A stretch of DNA of 64,000 bases from Anaerolinea sp. (GTDB lineage: Bacteria; Chloroflexota; Anaerolineae; Anaerolineales; Villigracilaceae). The notes below the pieces were generated by a model. It searched no databases and was not told the DNA's origin. It saw only the letters and a program-made list of their open reading frames with translations. This document shows positions 50,613 to 61,294 of this stretch, piece by piece (position 1 is the first letter of the stretch; each line of letters opens with the position of its first letter). Location: the NCBI GenBank assembly GCA_020047815.1, contig JAIFNG010000015.1, positions 2,048-66,047 on the forward strand, written 5' to 3'. A program made the translations under genes and the position numbers.

Positions 50613-52103
50613 ATGAGAAATCGCAACACCAATATCATCCTTCGGGGTATTTCCATTCTGTTTTTAACTGCCGCGCTTGTACTCAGCATCGTATCATTAA
50701 CCAGCTACAGCCGTCAGCGCAACAACTATCCAGCTGGTATGTACATTGCAGGCGTATCTGTCAGTGGCTTGACTCCTACAGAGGCATCTCAAAGGCTGCT
50801 TGAAGTATACACATCCCCCATTGAGATGCTATACAATGATGCGGTCATACACATTGACCCGGCCGCGATCGGATTTCAACCTGATATTGAAACCATGCTT
50901 GCCGCGGCAGACCTGACACGCACTGGAACCTCCTTCTGGGGCGGATTTTGGGACTACTTGTGGAACCTTACTCCTTCTGAAACCACCATTCCTTTAAGTG
51001 CATCCATTTCAGATGAACGCCTGCGCGAATACTTGCAAAATGAAATTGCCACACGTTACGATCTGCCACCTGCGCCTGCAGTGCCGATCCCAGGCGGGAC
51101 TTCATTCCTGGCTGGACAACCTGGCCAGACTCTTGATATTGACCGCGCTGTACTGCTTATCAGCGATGCGCTCCGTTCTCCGTCAAACCGCTCTGTTGCA
51201 TTAACCTTCACGCGCAGTTCCGCCGCCCGGCCCACAATTGAAAATCTTTCGATCCTGCTAAAACAAATTATTACTATTTCCGATTTCGACGGCTTGATCG
51301 GTTTTTATATGGTGGACTTGCAAACAGGACAGGAAATCCATTTTGCGATCAATAATAAACAGGAAATAACCGTGGAGCCGGACATTGCCTTCACAGCGTC
51401 CAGTACGATCAAAGTACCCATCGTTGCATCATATTTAATTAATCGTGGGAGCAACCTCGATGCCACCACAACTGAGATCATTTCACGTGTGTTGGGCAGG
51501 TCAGACAATTCAGCCACCGACCTGGTGTTGGAAAGAATTAACACTGCCATCGGCCCATTGATCGTCACACAGGATATGAAAACCATCGGTTTGGCAAGCA
51601 CATTCATAAATGGATTCTTCTATCTCGGCGCCCCGCCTCTTTCACCGCGCCCCGTAACACCTGGCAACTCGCGTACGGATATTTCCAGCGACCCTGACCC
51701 TTATTCTCAAACCACCCCATCAGAAATGGGAACACTTCTCGCAGACCTTTATCAATGCGCACAAAATAGCGGAGGTGCATTGATCGCTGCATTTCCTGAT
51801 AAAGTCAATCCTGCGACCTGCCAATTGCTGATTGACTTCATGGCACAGGACAAGCTTGGATCCTTGATCCAGGGCGGCGTACCAGATGGGACTCTTGTCC
51901 CGCACAAACACGGATACGTCCCCGCCTCCGATGGGGTCGTCCGGGACACGAGCGATGTGGGAATTGTGTATACCCCGGGGGGGAATTTTGTCCTGTCCAT
52001 TTACACCTACCACCCAATCACCAACATCTGGGATATCACCAATCCACTGTTTGGTGATCTGACAAAAGCCGTGTACAACTATTTTAACGTCAGTGTGGAA
52101 TGA
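50613..52103 (+). CDS. Membrane-anchored serine hydrolase (class A beta-lactamase-like fold) with an N-terminal peptidoglycan-binding-like region
   Basis: STIK (SxxK), SDN, HKHG; N-terminal TM. Confidence 0.8.
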   Translation: MRNRNTNIILRGISILFLTAALVLSIVSLTSYSRQRNNYPAGMYIAGVSVSGLTPTEASQRLLEVYTSPIEMLYNDAVIHIDPAAIGFQPDIETMLAAADLTRTGTSFWGGFWDYLWNLTPSETTIPLSASISDERLREYLQNEIATRYDLPPAPAVPIPGGTSFLAGQPGQTLDIDRAVLLISDALRSPSNRSVALTFTRSSAARPTIENLSILLKQIITISDFDGLIGFYMVDLQTGQEIHFAINNKQEITVEPDIAFTASSTIKVPIVASYLINRGSNLDATTTEIISRVLGRSDNSATDLVLERINTAIGPLIVTQDMKTIGLASTFINGFFYLGAPPLSPRPVTPGNSRTDISSDPDPYSQTTPSEMGTLLADLYQCAQNSGGALIAAFPDKVNPATCQLLIDFMAQDKLGSLIQGGVPDGTLVPHKHGYVPASDGVVRDTSDVGIVYTPGGNFVLSIYTYHPITNIWDITNPLFGDLTKAVYNYFNVSVE

Positions 52104-52259
52104 CCTCACTGCATAAGGTCCAATGGCTTTCTTCAAAACCTTTCACCTGGTTCAATAAGAAAGCCATTGTGGTTATTTTGGCGGTTGATCAAGTCTTAAA
52201 AAGTTGTCAGACATTTCCGAAAACAAGCTTTTTTTTCACACATCGTATATAATCAACCT

Positions 52260-52961
52260 ATGAGCGCATCGCTGGGACTGTACCGATTGCAACAAGTTGA
52301 TCGTCAAATTGACCATGTCCGCACGCAATTGGATAACATCCAAAGGACACTCGAAAACGACTCGGAATTACGCGATGCATTAAATCAACTGGAGACAGCA
52401 AGAGCAGACCACCATCGCGCCTACCACGCCCTAAAAAACGCAGAATCAGAAGTACAAGCCCAGAAAATTAAAATCGAACATGCCGAATCGAGTTTGTACG
52501 GTGGCAAAGTGCAAAACCCCAAGGAATTGCAGGATTTGCAAAAAGATATTATTTCGCTCAAGAAACATTTTGGCACACTTGAAGAGCGCGAACTGGAGGC
52601 AATGATCCAGGCAGAGGAAGCGGAAGGTAACCTGCAGACCTCAAAAATAAAACTCGAATTGATCCAAGTACGGCTTGGAAGTGAGCATAAAAAATTACTT
52701 GATGACCAATCTGTATTGGGAATAAAACTTGAACAGCTTGCAGAGGAACGAGAGGCATCCCTGGCTCCAATCGATGTTAGTTTGATACAAGTGTACGAGA
52801 GTCTGCGCCAGCAAAAACGCGGTGTGGCGATCACAGAAGTCAGCGACAATGCCTGCGCCTCCTGCGGTGCGACAATTACCAACTCCCTGCAACAAAATGC
52901 ACGTTCACAAAAACAACTGGCTCATTGTCCGTCCTGTGGAAGAATTCTTTTCGCAAACTAA
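52260..52961 (+). CDS. Coiled-coil C4 zinc-ribbon protein (DUF164/CT398 type)
   Basis: LYRLQQVD, long coiled coil, CASC...CPSCGRIL. Confidence 0.88.
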   Translation: MSASLGLYRLQQVDRQIDHVRTQLDNIQRTLENDSELRDALNQLETARADHHRAYHALKNAESEVQAQKIKIEHAESSLYGGKVQNPKELQDLQKDIISLKKHFGTLEERELEAMIQAEEAEGNLQTSKIKLELIQVRLGSEHKKLLDDQSVLGIKLEQLAEEREASLAPIDVSLIQVYESLRQQKRGVAITEVSDNACASCGATITNSLQQNARSQKQLAHCPSCGRILFAN

Positions 52962-52969
52962 ACGCTGCC

Positions 52970-55507
52970 ATGTTCAAATTTGCAATTGACCCATTCTCAT
53001 TCTTCATTGGCTTTGTAGCCACTTCCATTTTTTGGTGGCTCGTTGCCCGTGCGCGCCCAATGTTGAAGGAAATAATGGGGGGGATCAAGGAACAACGTGA
53101 AGTTACCCAGTCCAACAAGACAAACACTGTAGAAGAAAATCATCGACGTATCACCTTGCGGCAAGCTCAGGGACTGCATCTTGCCGCGCCGCTCTTTGCG
53201 CTGGATGAAATCCTCCAGGAACCTTTACTTATAGCCCCGCCGCGGGTCGTCGAACCCGGCACCCCTCCCAAATTCGAAGATGTTGTGTCACAAACTCTTC
53301 CATACCTGCCTGGTTGGCCCGAAATCGCAGCCGTGTATCAGGCTCAAACCCTTACTCTACCCCAAGCACTATCCGGCAACACAAACCTTGTCATTATCGG
53401 ACAACCCGGAATCGGCAAGACCGTCGCCCTTGCACACCTCGCCTCTCTCGCCGCAAACCGCAGTGAAAAACTGGAAGACCTCAAAAATGCGGTCCCATTC
53501 CTATTCCATGTCGCAAACCTAAAACTCCCCATCACGAATCCAAGGGATGCTCTCAACCCGATCATTGAGGCAGCATCTGAACATGCTCCCTTCCTTGACC
53601 AATCGCGCCTGCCGGCCTTCATCCAAAACACATTCAAAAATGGGGATGCGCTCCTGCTTCTTGATGGCTTTGATGAGATCCCCCCGGAAAGCCAGCAGGT
53701 ATTCACCGAATACCTCAAGACGCTCATGCAAAATTATCCAAAGACACGCATTGTCACGACCGGTGCGCCAGAATACCTGGATGGGTTAATTGGGCTTGGG
53801 TTTACACCACTGACATTGATGGCATGGTCTGCGCGCGATAGTGAAAAATTCTTAAACCACTGGGGCGAATTGTGGTCACGCACAGTTGCGATGGAAGCCT
53901 GGGCACAAACAGGGCCCAAACAGGTTGATCCGTTCCTCCTTAACGCCTGGCTGAGTGCTGACAACGTAAATTTGTCCCCATTTGAGTTGACGCTCAAGGC
54001 TTGGGGTGCCTACGCAGGCGACAGCCTGGGACCTCATGTGCATGAATCCATTGCAACCCACATCCGCCGCATTGCTCCAGCCAACACGCCGCTTGCCGCC
54101 TTGGAAACACTGGCAATGCAGGTGATTATCAACATCCAACCTGTCTTTGACCCGCGGGTAGCACGTGCCTGGGTTAAATCGTTTGAAGTTACGGAAGAAA
54201 AACCCGAAAACGAAACAACTGATGAGATGGCAGAAGAAACAGCAAATGAACCAAAAACCAAACCTAAAAAAGGAAAAAAGGTTGAAAAAGTTACCACGCC
54301 ATCCTCAGGCTTGCTGGGAAAGATGGTTTCCAGCGGATTACTGGCAGCCTATCCAAATAACAAGATGCGATTTGCACACCCGGTCTTTACGGGTTACCTG
54401 GCTGGACGGGCATTAATAAATTACAACGTGGAAGAAGATCTACTAAATCAACCGGATTGGTCTGGGAAATATCTGGCCATGCGCTACTTTGCGGCGCATG
54501 GAGATGCAAGCAAACTTCTGCAAGCCCTGCTTGGATTCTCGCGCCTGCCCATGCACCGTCCGCTCTTCGCCGCCGCACGCTGGCTGCGTGACGCGCCTCG
54601 CAACGCGCCCTGGCGCGGGAAACTATTCGCGGCCTTAGCCACGATTCTGCAAACCGAAGGGCTTCCACTCAACCTGCGCGGACAGGCAATGGCAGCAATT
54701 GTTGTCAGTAATGACCCAAACGCCATGACCCTCTTCCGTCAATTTACAGCCACCATGGCCTTTGAACTTGTCCACCTTGCAGCACTTGGGTCAGGGGCAA
54801 TGCGCGACCCAAAAGCGCTTCATACTCTGGAACAAGCTGTCAATGCCCCGAGTCAGGCCGTCCGCCATGCGGCTTGTATGGCCCTGGTTTCCATTGGCAC
54901 CAATGAAGCCCTTGAGACAGTGGCACATACCCTGCTCAACGGAGATGAAAATGTCCGCCGTGCGGCGGCTGAGTCTTTGGCAAATGATCCCGGCGAAGGA
55001 CACGCCATGCTGCGCGAGGGAATTACCATTAGCGACATTCTCCTTCGGCGTGCAGTTGCCTATGGGTTGGGACGTGTCCATGAAGCCTGGGCAGTGGAAG
55101 CCCTGCAAAAAATACAGATCGAAGACGACCAATGGGTTGTTCGCAACGCGGCCACTGAAGTTCTGGATTCAAAAACCAGCGCAGGTTCTCGTGCCCCGCA
55201 AAAATTGAAGGAGCCGTCAAACTCTCCCTGGCTGATCGAGTTTGCAGGCAAACAGGGCATGGGCATATCCCCTGGAAGCCCGGTCAATGACATCCTCCTG
55301 CTTGCTTTAAAAAGCGAAGATTCGGATACCCGCCTGGCCGCCCTACCCTATCTAAAATTCTCCCCAAACGAAGGTGTCATCATACAGCTTTATGACGCAA
55401 TGTACAAGGACGATATCGAATTGCGCGAGGCTGCATATAATGTTCTTTGGGAACTTGGCACATCCGGTGTCAAACTTCCCCATCCCAGTCAATATGGATA
55501 CGGTTAA
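52970..55507 (+). CDS. NACHT-like NTPase with N-terminal TM and C-terminal HEAT repeats
   Basis: Walker A GQPGIGKT, Walker B LLLLDGFDE, winged-helix FAH; repeats VRHAACMAL, VRRAAAESL, LRRAVAYGL, VRNAATEVL. Confidence 0.85.
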   Translation: MFKFAIDPFSFFIGFVATSIFWWLVARARPMLKEIMGGIKEQREVTQSNKTNTVEENHRRITLRQAQGLHLAAPLFALDEILQEPLLIAPPRVVEPGTPPKFEDVVSQTLPYLPGWPEIAAVYQAQTLTLPQALSGNTNLVIIGQPGIGKTVALAHLASLAANRSEKLEDLKNAVPFLFHVANLKLPITNPRDALNPIIEAASEHAPFLDQSRLPAFIQNTFKNGDALLLLDGFDEIPPESQQVFTEYLKTLMQNYPKTRIVTTGAPEYLDGLIGLGFTPLTLMAWSARDSEKFLNHWGELWSRTVAMEAWAQTGPKQVDPFLLNAWLSADNVNLSPFELTLKAWGAYAGDSLGPHVHESIATHIRRIAPANTPLAALETLAMQVIINIQPVFDPRVARAWVKSFEVTEEKPENETTDEMAEETANEPKTKPKKGKKVEKVTTPSSGLLGKMVSSGLLAAYPNNKMRFAHPVFTGYLAGRALINYNVEEDLLNQPDWSGKYLAMRYFAAHGDASKLLQALLGFSRLPMHRPLFAAARWLRDAPRNAPWRGKLFAALATILQTEGLPLNLRGQAMAAIVVSNDPNAMTLFRQFTATMAFELVHLAALGSGAMRDPKALHTLEQAVNAPSQAVRHAACMALVSIGTNEALETVAHTLLNGDENVRRAAAESLANDPGEGHAMLREGITISDILLRRAVAYGLGRVHEAWAVEALQKIQIEDDQWVVRNAATEVLDSKTSAGSRAPQKLKEPSNSPWLIEFAGKQGMGISPGSPVNDILLLALKSEDSDTRLAALPYLKFSPNEGVIIQLYDAMYKDDIELREAAYNVLWELGTSGVKLPHPSQYGYG

Positions 55508-55509
55508 CC

Positions 55510-56862
55510 ATGCTAATAACAAATGCAAATATCATCACGTGGGAATCTGAAAATCGGATTCTCGAAAACCATGCGGTCTTGATCGAAGGCGACCGCATCA
55601 AGGAAATTGGCACCACCAGGAGCCTGACCGCAAAGCACCCGAAAGCCAAAACGCTTGACGCACGCGGTCAATACGTCATGCCAGGCGGTATTTGCGCACA
55701 TACCCATTTCTACGGTGCATTTGCGCGCGGCATGGCAATCCCCGGTTCCGCGCCGAAGGATTTCCCGGACATCTTAAAAAAGTTGTGGTGGCCCCTTGAC
55801 CGTTCACTGGACCCGGAAGCAGTGCGCTACTCCGCATTAGTTTGTCTTGTGGATGCGATCAAGCACGGCACCACGACTCTGATCGACCACCACGCATCAC
55901 CCAACGCGATCGACGGCTCGCTGGATGTGATCGCAGATGCAGTGGATAAAAGTGGAGTACGCGGATCCTTGTGCTATGAAGTGACTGACCGTGACGGAAG
56001 TGAAAAAGCCAACGCGGGCATCAACGAAAATCTGCGCTTCATCAAGCGCATGGCAGCCGATCCGCACCCACGCCTGGCTGCCGCCTTTGGTTTGCACGCC
56101 AGCCTAACTCTTTCAGGCGTGACTCTCGAAGCCTGCCGATCCGCCGCACCCGAAGGAACAAGTTTTCACGTCCACACTGCTGAGCACGACTCGGATGAAT
56201 ATGACAGCCTGAGCAAGAGTAATATGCGGGTGATCGACCGTCTGCAAAAACACGGTATCCTGGGTCCGAAGAGCATTGCCGTGCATGGTGTCCACTTCGA
56301 CGCGCGTGAAATGGAAATTCTCAAAGAGACCGAAACATGGCTCACTCACCAGCCGCGCTCAAACATGAACAACGCTGTGGGAATGTCTGCTGTCGAATCC
56401 ATGCTGCGGCTGGGGATCAAGGTCTGCCTTGGTAATGACGGCTTCTCGAATGCCATGTGGGAAGAATGGAAGACCGCCTACCTGGTACATAAACTTCACA
56501 ACCGCGATCCGCGCCGCATGGGCGGATATGATGTTACCCAGATGGCGATCTATAATAATGCCGCGCTCGCCGGCCAATTCTTCCCTGACGCACCCATCGG
56601 AATAATCGTCCCAGGCGCATTTGCCGACCTGATGTTCGTGGATTACCATCCTTATACTCCATTAACCAGCGGAAACCTCCCCTGGCACATCATCTTTGGT
56701 TTCCAACAAAGCATGATCACCACAACCATCGCTGCGGGCAAAGTACTGATGAAAGACCGTGAACTGCTGACATTGAACGAAGCCGACATTGCCGCGCGTT
56801 CCCGTGAAGTTGCCACCCGCGTCTGGAAGAAGTACGAGGAAGAAGTTGCAAAAGTGTTATAA
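55510..56862 (+). CDS. ssnA: SsnA-like amidohydrolase
   Basis: CAHTHFY, IDHHASP, GLHASLT, HVHTAE, HQPRSNMNN, LGNDG. Confidence 0.85.
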   Translation: MLITNANIITWESENRILENHAVLIEGDRIKEIGTTRSLTAKHPKAKTLDARGQYVMPGGICAHTHFYGAFARGMAIPGSAPKDFPDILKKLWWPLDRSLDPEAVRYSALVCLVDAIKHGTTTLIDHHASPNAIDGSLDVIADAVDKSGVRGSLCYEVTDRDGSEKANAGINENLRFIKRMAADPHPRLAAAFGLHASLTLSGVTLEACRSAAPEGTSFHVHTAEHDSDEYDSLSKSNMRVIDRLQKHGILGPKSIAVHGVHFDAREMEILKETETWLTHQPRSNMNNAVGMSAVESMLRLGIKVCLGNDGFSNAMWEEWKTAYLVHKLHNRDPRRMGGYDVTQMAIYNNAALAGQFFPDAPIGIIVPGAFADLMFVDYHPYTPLTSGNLPWHIIFGFQQSMITTTIAAGKVLMKDRELLTLNEADIAARSREVATRVWKKYEEEVAKVL

Positions 56863-56895
56863 CCCATTCAACCACCAATAATTTCAGGAGAACTC

Positions 56896-57570
56896 ATGAC
56901 CAACTCAAATCTTTTAATAACAGTCGCTGTGCTGGGCGGAACAGGCAAGGAAGGCAAGGGACTTGCATATCGTTGGGCGCGCGCGGGATATCGGGTGTTG
57001 ATTGGCTCACGTACCGCCGAAAAAGCAATTGCCGCTGCGAATGAGATCAAGGAAATGCTTAACGGAGAAGGCTCTATCGATGGGATGGGGAATCTCCAGG
57101 CTGCACACGAAGCAAATATCGCCGTCTTGACCGTTCCCTATGCTGCCCATCGCGACACCCTGGAAGTCATCAAAGAAGAACTCAAGGGAAAAATCCTGGT
57201 GGATGTGACTGTTCCGCTCGTCCCCCCAAAGGTTTCCACAGTGCAAATGCCTGCCGCTGGCTCCGCCGCACAGGAAGCAAAACAGATCGTCGGCGAGGAT
57301 GTTCAAGTCTGCGCTGCCTTCCAAAACATTGGTTATGACCACCTCCTGGAAGACTCGGGAACAGAATGTGATGTTCTTGTCACAGGCAGCAGCAAGGAAG
57401 CCCGCGCCGAAACAATCAAGCTGGTTGAAGCCACAGGCTTGCGCGGCTGGGACGCAGGTCCGATCGAAAATTCCGTTGTTGTGGAAGGTATGACCAGCAT
57501 ATTGATCGGCATCAATAAAAAATATGGGTCGACTCACGCCGGGATCAAAATAACCGGAGTTTCAAAATAA
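56896..57570 (+). CDS. npdG: NADPH-dependent F420 reductase (F420H2:NADP+ oxidoreductase)
   Basis: GGTGKEGKGLA, IGSR, TVPY, GSAA, AAFQN, INKKY. Confidence 0.9.
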   Translation: MTNSNLLITVAVLGGTGKEGKGLAYRWARAGYRVLIGSRTAEKAIAAANEIKEMLNGEGSIDGMGNLQAAHEANIAVLTVPYAAHRDTLEVIKEELKGKILVDVTVPLVPPKVSTVQMPAAGSAAQEAKQIVGEDVQVCAAFQNIGYDHLLEDSGTECDVLVTGSSKEARAETIKLVEATGLRGWDAGPIENSVVVEGMTSILIGINKKYGSTHAGIKITGVSK

Positions 57571-57755
57571 TGCATGGGTCCAGAAGGGCACACACCTTGA
57601 CTTAATCTACCCCATGATTATGGTTGACCCTCGAATAAAGTTATGGGAATCCATTGCCAGCCATGGCATGGATTCCTTGAAGGTGGATCACACAGTACGC
57701 GAGACCATGCTTAAAGACCATACTTTTCAATATCCATAACTCTGCGTTTAATATT

Positions 57756-58526
57756 TTGCCCTCACTATCCCTAACCCCGCTCCAGAACATTCCCCTCATC
57801 CGCCAGCATGACAACCTGGCGGATATTCTGCTTATGTCCTTGCAGCAAACAAAAGTTAATCTGCAAAACGATGACATAATAGTCATTGCGCAAAAAATTA
57901 TCAGCAAAGCCGAGGGGCGCATGAAAAATCTTGCTGATGTCGTACCATCTGCCCGCGCATTGGAATTTTCCGAGAAAACCCAAAAAGATGCACGCATCGT
58001 TGAACTGATGCTGCAGGAGAGCAATGAGATCTTGCGGACCCGGGTTGGAACGATCGTGGTTGAGCATAAACTTGGATTCGTTTGCGCCAATGCGGGAATT
58101 GACCATTCAAATGTTAAAGGGGGTGGAAACAAAAAGGAAGAGTACGTATTACTGCTGCCTGAAGACCCCGACCGATCCGCGCGAAATATCCGTGAGCAGA
58201 TCAGACAAAAAACGGATATCAATATTGGCGTAATGATCATTGATTCACACGGGCGCGCGTGGAGAAACGGCACCGTCGGCCTTTGCATTGGCTTGAGCGG
58301 GATCCCCGCAGTGGTTGACGAGCGTGGCTGGAAAGACCTGTTTGGTTATACCCTGCAGATCACGGTTGTCGGTGTGGCTGACGAACTTGCCGCCGGTGCG
58401 TCACTCATGATGGGACAAGCCGCCGAGGGCACCCCCGCTGTCCATGTGCGCGGCTTTCCTTATCCGTTGGGCGAAGGCTCACTCAAGGAGTTGATTCGAC
58501 CAAAGGAATTGGATATGTTTCGTTAG
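57756..58526 (+). CDS. cofE: Coenzyme F420-0:L-glutamate ligase
   Basis: QKIISKAEGR, CANAGIDHSN, LLPEDPD, DSHGRAWR, ADELA. TTG start. Confidence 0.93.
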   Translation: MPSLSLTPLQNIPLIRQHDNLADILLMSLQQTKVNLQNDDIIVIAQKIISKAEGRMKNLADVVPSARALEFSEKTQKDARIVELMLQESNEILRTRVGTIVVEHKLGFVCANAGIDHSNVKGGGNKKEEYVLLLPEDPDRSARNIREQIRQKTDINIGVMIIDSHGRAWRNGTVGLCIGLSGIPAVVDERGWKDLFGYTLQITVVGVADELAAGASLMMGQAAEGTPAVHVRGFPYPLGEGSLKELIRPKELDMFR

Positions 58527-58689
58527 GCATTTCAGCAAGTACCCGGAAGATTCAACGATGAGATTCCAAAATCGTTGAACAGTCGCAGGGTAAAACTAAC
58601 ACAAATCTTATGGCTATTTGCTATACTTAATTTAGCAAATTTAAACCAGTATTGGCAAAAAAAAGAAAGGTTTCCAATCACAAAGCCAC

Positions 58690-59088
58690 ATGATAAAGAT
58701 CCCAGAAAAATTGCAAGACCTGCTCATCAATGAAAAGAAAGCCTTTGCTTATCTCGCCACCACCATGCCGGATGGCACCCCCCAGGTTACCCCCATCTGG
58801 TTCAATACCGATGACGATCATATACTCATCAACTCTGCCTTGGGGCGAATCAAAGATAAAAATATGCGCACCCGCCCAAATATCGCACTGTGTATCGCTG
58901 ATCCGAAAGATCCATATCGCTATATCCAAATTCAAGGCAGGGTTGTTGAAGTCACCGCCGAAGGCGCTGACGCACACATCGATGCATTGGCTTTCAAATA
59001 CCTGGGCAAGAAAAAATACCCCTTCAGAAAATCAGAAGAGCAACGCGTGACCTATAAAATTCTACCCCTCAAAATCGATGCCCACTAA
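58690..59088 (+). CDS. PPOX-class F420-dependent oxidoreductase (split beta-barrel)
   Basis: LATTMPDGTPQVTPIW, KDKN, PYRYIQIQG. Confidence 0.88.
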   Translation: MIKIPEKLQDLLINEKKAFAYLATTMPDGTPQVTPIWFNTDDDHILINSALGRIKDKNMRTRPNIALCIADPKDPYRYIQIQGRVVEVTAEGADAHIDALAFKYLGKKKYPFRKSEEQRVTYKILPLKIDAH

Positions 59089-59698
59089 AGACGATCTGCA
59101 TGCCTTCCTGCGGACCCGGCGCTCGATCCGCCACTTCCGACCTGACCCCGTGCCAGAGTCAGTGATCGAGACCATTCTCCACACTGCCACCTTTGCACCA
59201 TCTGCACACAACTGTCAACCATGGCGATTTGCCGTTATAACAGAGCCAGCGGTTAAAGCCCGTCTTGGAAATGCCGTGACATCCAAAATGCGCACAGACA
59301 TGATAGCCGAGGGCGCGAGCGATGCTGAAATCGAAAAACGTGCCGCTCTCTCACTGCAGCGCATGGCTGAGGCTCCTGTGGTCGTTGTCCTTTGCCGTGA
59401 TAAAAATGCAGTCCATGCCAACACACCTACAGAAACGGCCATGGGTATGCAATCCACTGCACTGGCAGGCTTGCAACTTTTACTTGCCGCTTATGCCGAA
59501 GGATTAGGCGGTAACTGGATTTGCTGGGCGCTGTACGCGCAGGAAGCAACTCGTGCCGCCCTTGACCTGCCCGATGACTGGGAGCCACAAGCGTTTTATT
59601 TTCTGGGCTACCCAGTTTTATCTCCCGAACCCAGGACCCGGATCCCCACCTTGGAAATCGTCAAAATGGTTACAAGTTCAGAGTTAAAGATATCATGA
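59078..59698 (+). CDS. Nitroreductase family protein (FbiB C-terminal domain/FbiE-like, putative dehydro-F420 reductase)
   Basis: [24 protein letters not shown]; lies among cof genes and overlaps cofD (ATGA). Confidence 0.85.
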   Translation: MPTKDDLHAFLRTRRSIRHFRPDPVPESVIETILHTATFAPSAHNCQPWRFAVITEPAVKARLGNAVTSKMRTDMIAEGASDAEIEKRAALSLQRMAEAPVVVVLCRDKNAVHANTPTETAMGMQSTALAGLQLLLAAYAEGLGGNWICWALYAQEATRAALDLPDDWEPQAFYFLGYPVLSPEPRTRIPTLEIVKMVTSSELKIS

Positions 59699-60603
59699 AA
59701 ATTGTTGCCCTTGCGGGCGGAGTCGGTGGCGCAAAACTGGCGCACGGATTTGCCCAAATACTGCCCCCTGAAGACCTGACTGTCATAGTCAATACAGGCG
59801 ATGATTTTGAACACTTGGGGCTAACCATTTGCCCCGACCTTGATACTGTCTGCTACACACTGGCAGGACTGGCGAATTCAGATACTGGCTGGGGACGGGA
59901 GAACGAGACCTGGAACACCATCTCGAATATTGAAAAACTTGGCGGGCCAAATTGGTTTCGACTCGGTGACCAGGATTTTGCAACCCATATTGAACGAACC
60001 AGAAGATTGAAGGAAGGTAAATCGCTCTCCCAAGTCACAAGGGAATTTTGTGCAGCATGGGGAATCAAACAGACGGTTCTCCCAATGAGTGATTCATCCG
60101 TGCGGACCATGGTGTCCACAGACAAAGGAGAACTGGCATTTCAGGAATATTTTGTTCACAGGCATTGTGAACCAGACGTCAAAGGTTTTCGGTTCGAGGG
60201 GATCGAAGTCGCACAACCTGTTCCAGGTGCGCGCGATGCGATTAAATCAGCGCAGGCTTTGGTGATCTGCCCCTCAAATCCATGGGTCAGCATCGACCCG
60301 ATTCTGCGCGTTCTAAAGAAAATAGACAAACCCGTGGTCGCGGTTTCGCCGATTATCGGAGGCAAGACCGTGAAGGGCCCCGCCGCCAAAATGTACGCCG
60401 AAATGGGCATTGAGCCTTCGGCGCTGGCTGTCGCGGAACATTACCATAACTTGTTGGCTGGATTCGTGTTTGATAATCAGGACAGGCAGTTGTCAGACAA
60501 CTTCAAAAAGGGTAAAATACTTGTGACAGATACTCTAATGCACTCACCCGCTGACCGCGCCCGCCTGGCAATGGATGTACTCCAATTCGTTGGGAGTTTA
60601 TAA
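59695..60603 (+). CDS. cofD: 2-phospho-L-lactate/phosphoenolpyruvate transferase
   Basis: [43 protein letters not shown]. Confidence 0.95.
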   Translation: MKIVALAGGVGGAKLAHGFAQILPPEDLTVIVNTGDDFEHLGLTICPDLDTVCYTLAGLANSDTGWGRENETWNTISNIEKLGGPNWFRLGDQDFATHIERTRRLKEGKSLSQVTREFCAAWGIKQTVLPMSDSSVRTMVSTDKGELAFQEYFVHRHCEPDVKGFRFEGIEVAQPVPGARDAIKSAQALVICPSNPWVSIDPILRVLKKIDKPVVAVSPIIGGKTVKGPAAKMYAEMGIEPSALAVAEHYHNLLAGFVFDNQDRQLSDNFKKGKILVTDTLMHSPADRARLAMDVLQFVGSL

Positions 60604-60605
60604 AC

Positions 60606-61217
60606 ATGACACTTTGGGCAATTGTCCCGGTGAAACCACTGCGGCGAGGAAAATCGCGTCTCGCTGGTACATTAACAGAAGACGAACGAACAGCGCTTAA
60701 CCAAACTCTGCTTGAGCGCACCCTCAAGGTCCTTTTTACCTTGAAGGAATTGGACCAGGTGCTGGTGGTTAGTCGTGACCCACAAGCCCTAACCATCGCC
60801 CGTAACCAGGGCGCCAAGACTGTACAGGAGGATGGTCAGCCGCATTTGAACACGGCACTCAAACGCGCCACAGTAATGGCGCAAGTCCATTCGACCCACG
60901 GTGTACTGGTTCTACCAGCCGACCTGCCCCTGCTTACCCCCGACGATGTGCGCGCACTGATTGACCGTGCCGTCAAACCGCCCGTGGTGGTAATTGCCCC
61001 CGACAGGCATGGCAAGGGAACGAATGCGCTTCTGATGGTTCCCGCAGGACAAATCGAGTATGACTTCGGGGAGGGGTCATTCCAGCGGCATTGTGAACGG
61101 GCAATAAAGTCCGGAGCACGGCTGGAGATCGTGGAGCTGCACTCCCTCGGGCTGGACCTGGACCTGCCAGAAGATTTGGAAATGATCAAAAAATTGGAAG
61201 CAGCAGCAAAACTATAA
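60606..61217 (+). CDS. cofC: 2-phospho-L-lactate/phosphoenolpyruvate guanylyltransferase
   Basis: VPVK..GKSRL, ADLP, GTNAL, FGEGSF, DLDLPEDL. Confidence 0.93.
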   Translation: MTLWAIVPVKPLRRGKSRLAGTLTEDERTALNQTLLERTLKVLFTLKELDQVLVVSRDPQALTIARNQGAKTVQEDGQPHLNTALKRATVMAQVHSTHGVLVLPADLPLLTPDDVRALIDRAVKPPVVVIAPDRHGKGTNALLMVPAGQIEYDFGEGSFQRHCERAIKSGARLEIVELHSLGLDLDLPEDLEMIKKLEAAAKL

Positions 61218-61294
61218 GATTTTTAACCGAAAGGGAACTGAGTTTTCAGAGCCTGAGCCCTTTACGGTAAATTTTTACTCACAAGGAGAAAATT

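Noticed and set aside
50613-52103. Antibiotic-resistance beta-lactamase
   Set aside because: Membrane-anchored with an extra N-terminal domain and HKHG in place of KTG; more likely a cell-wall enzyme.
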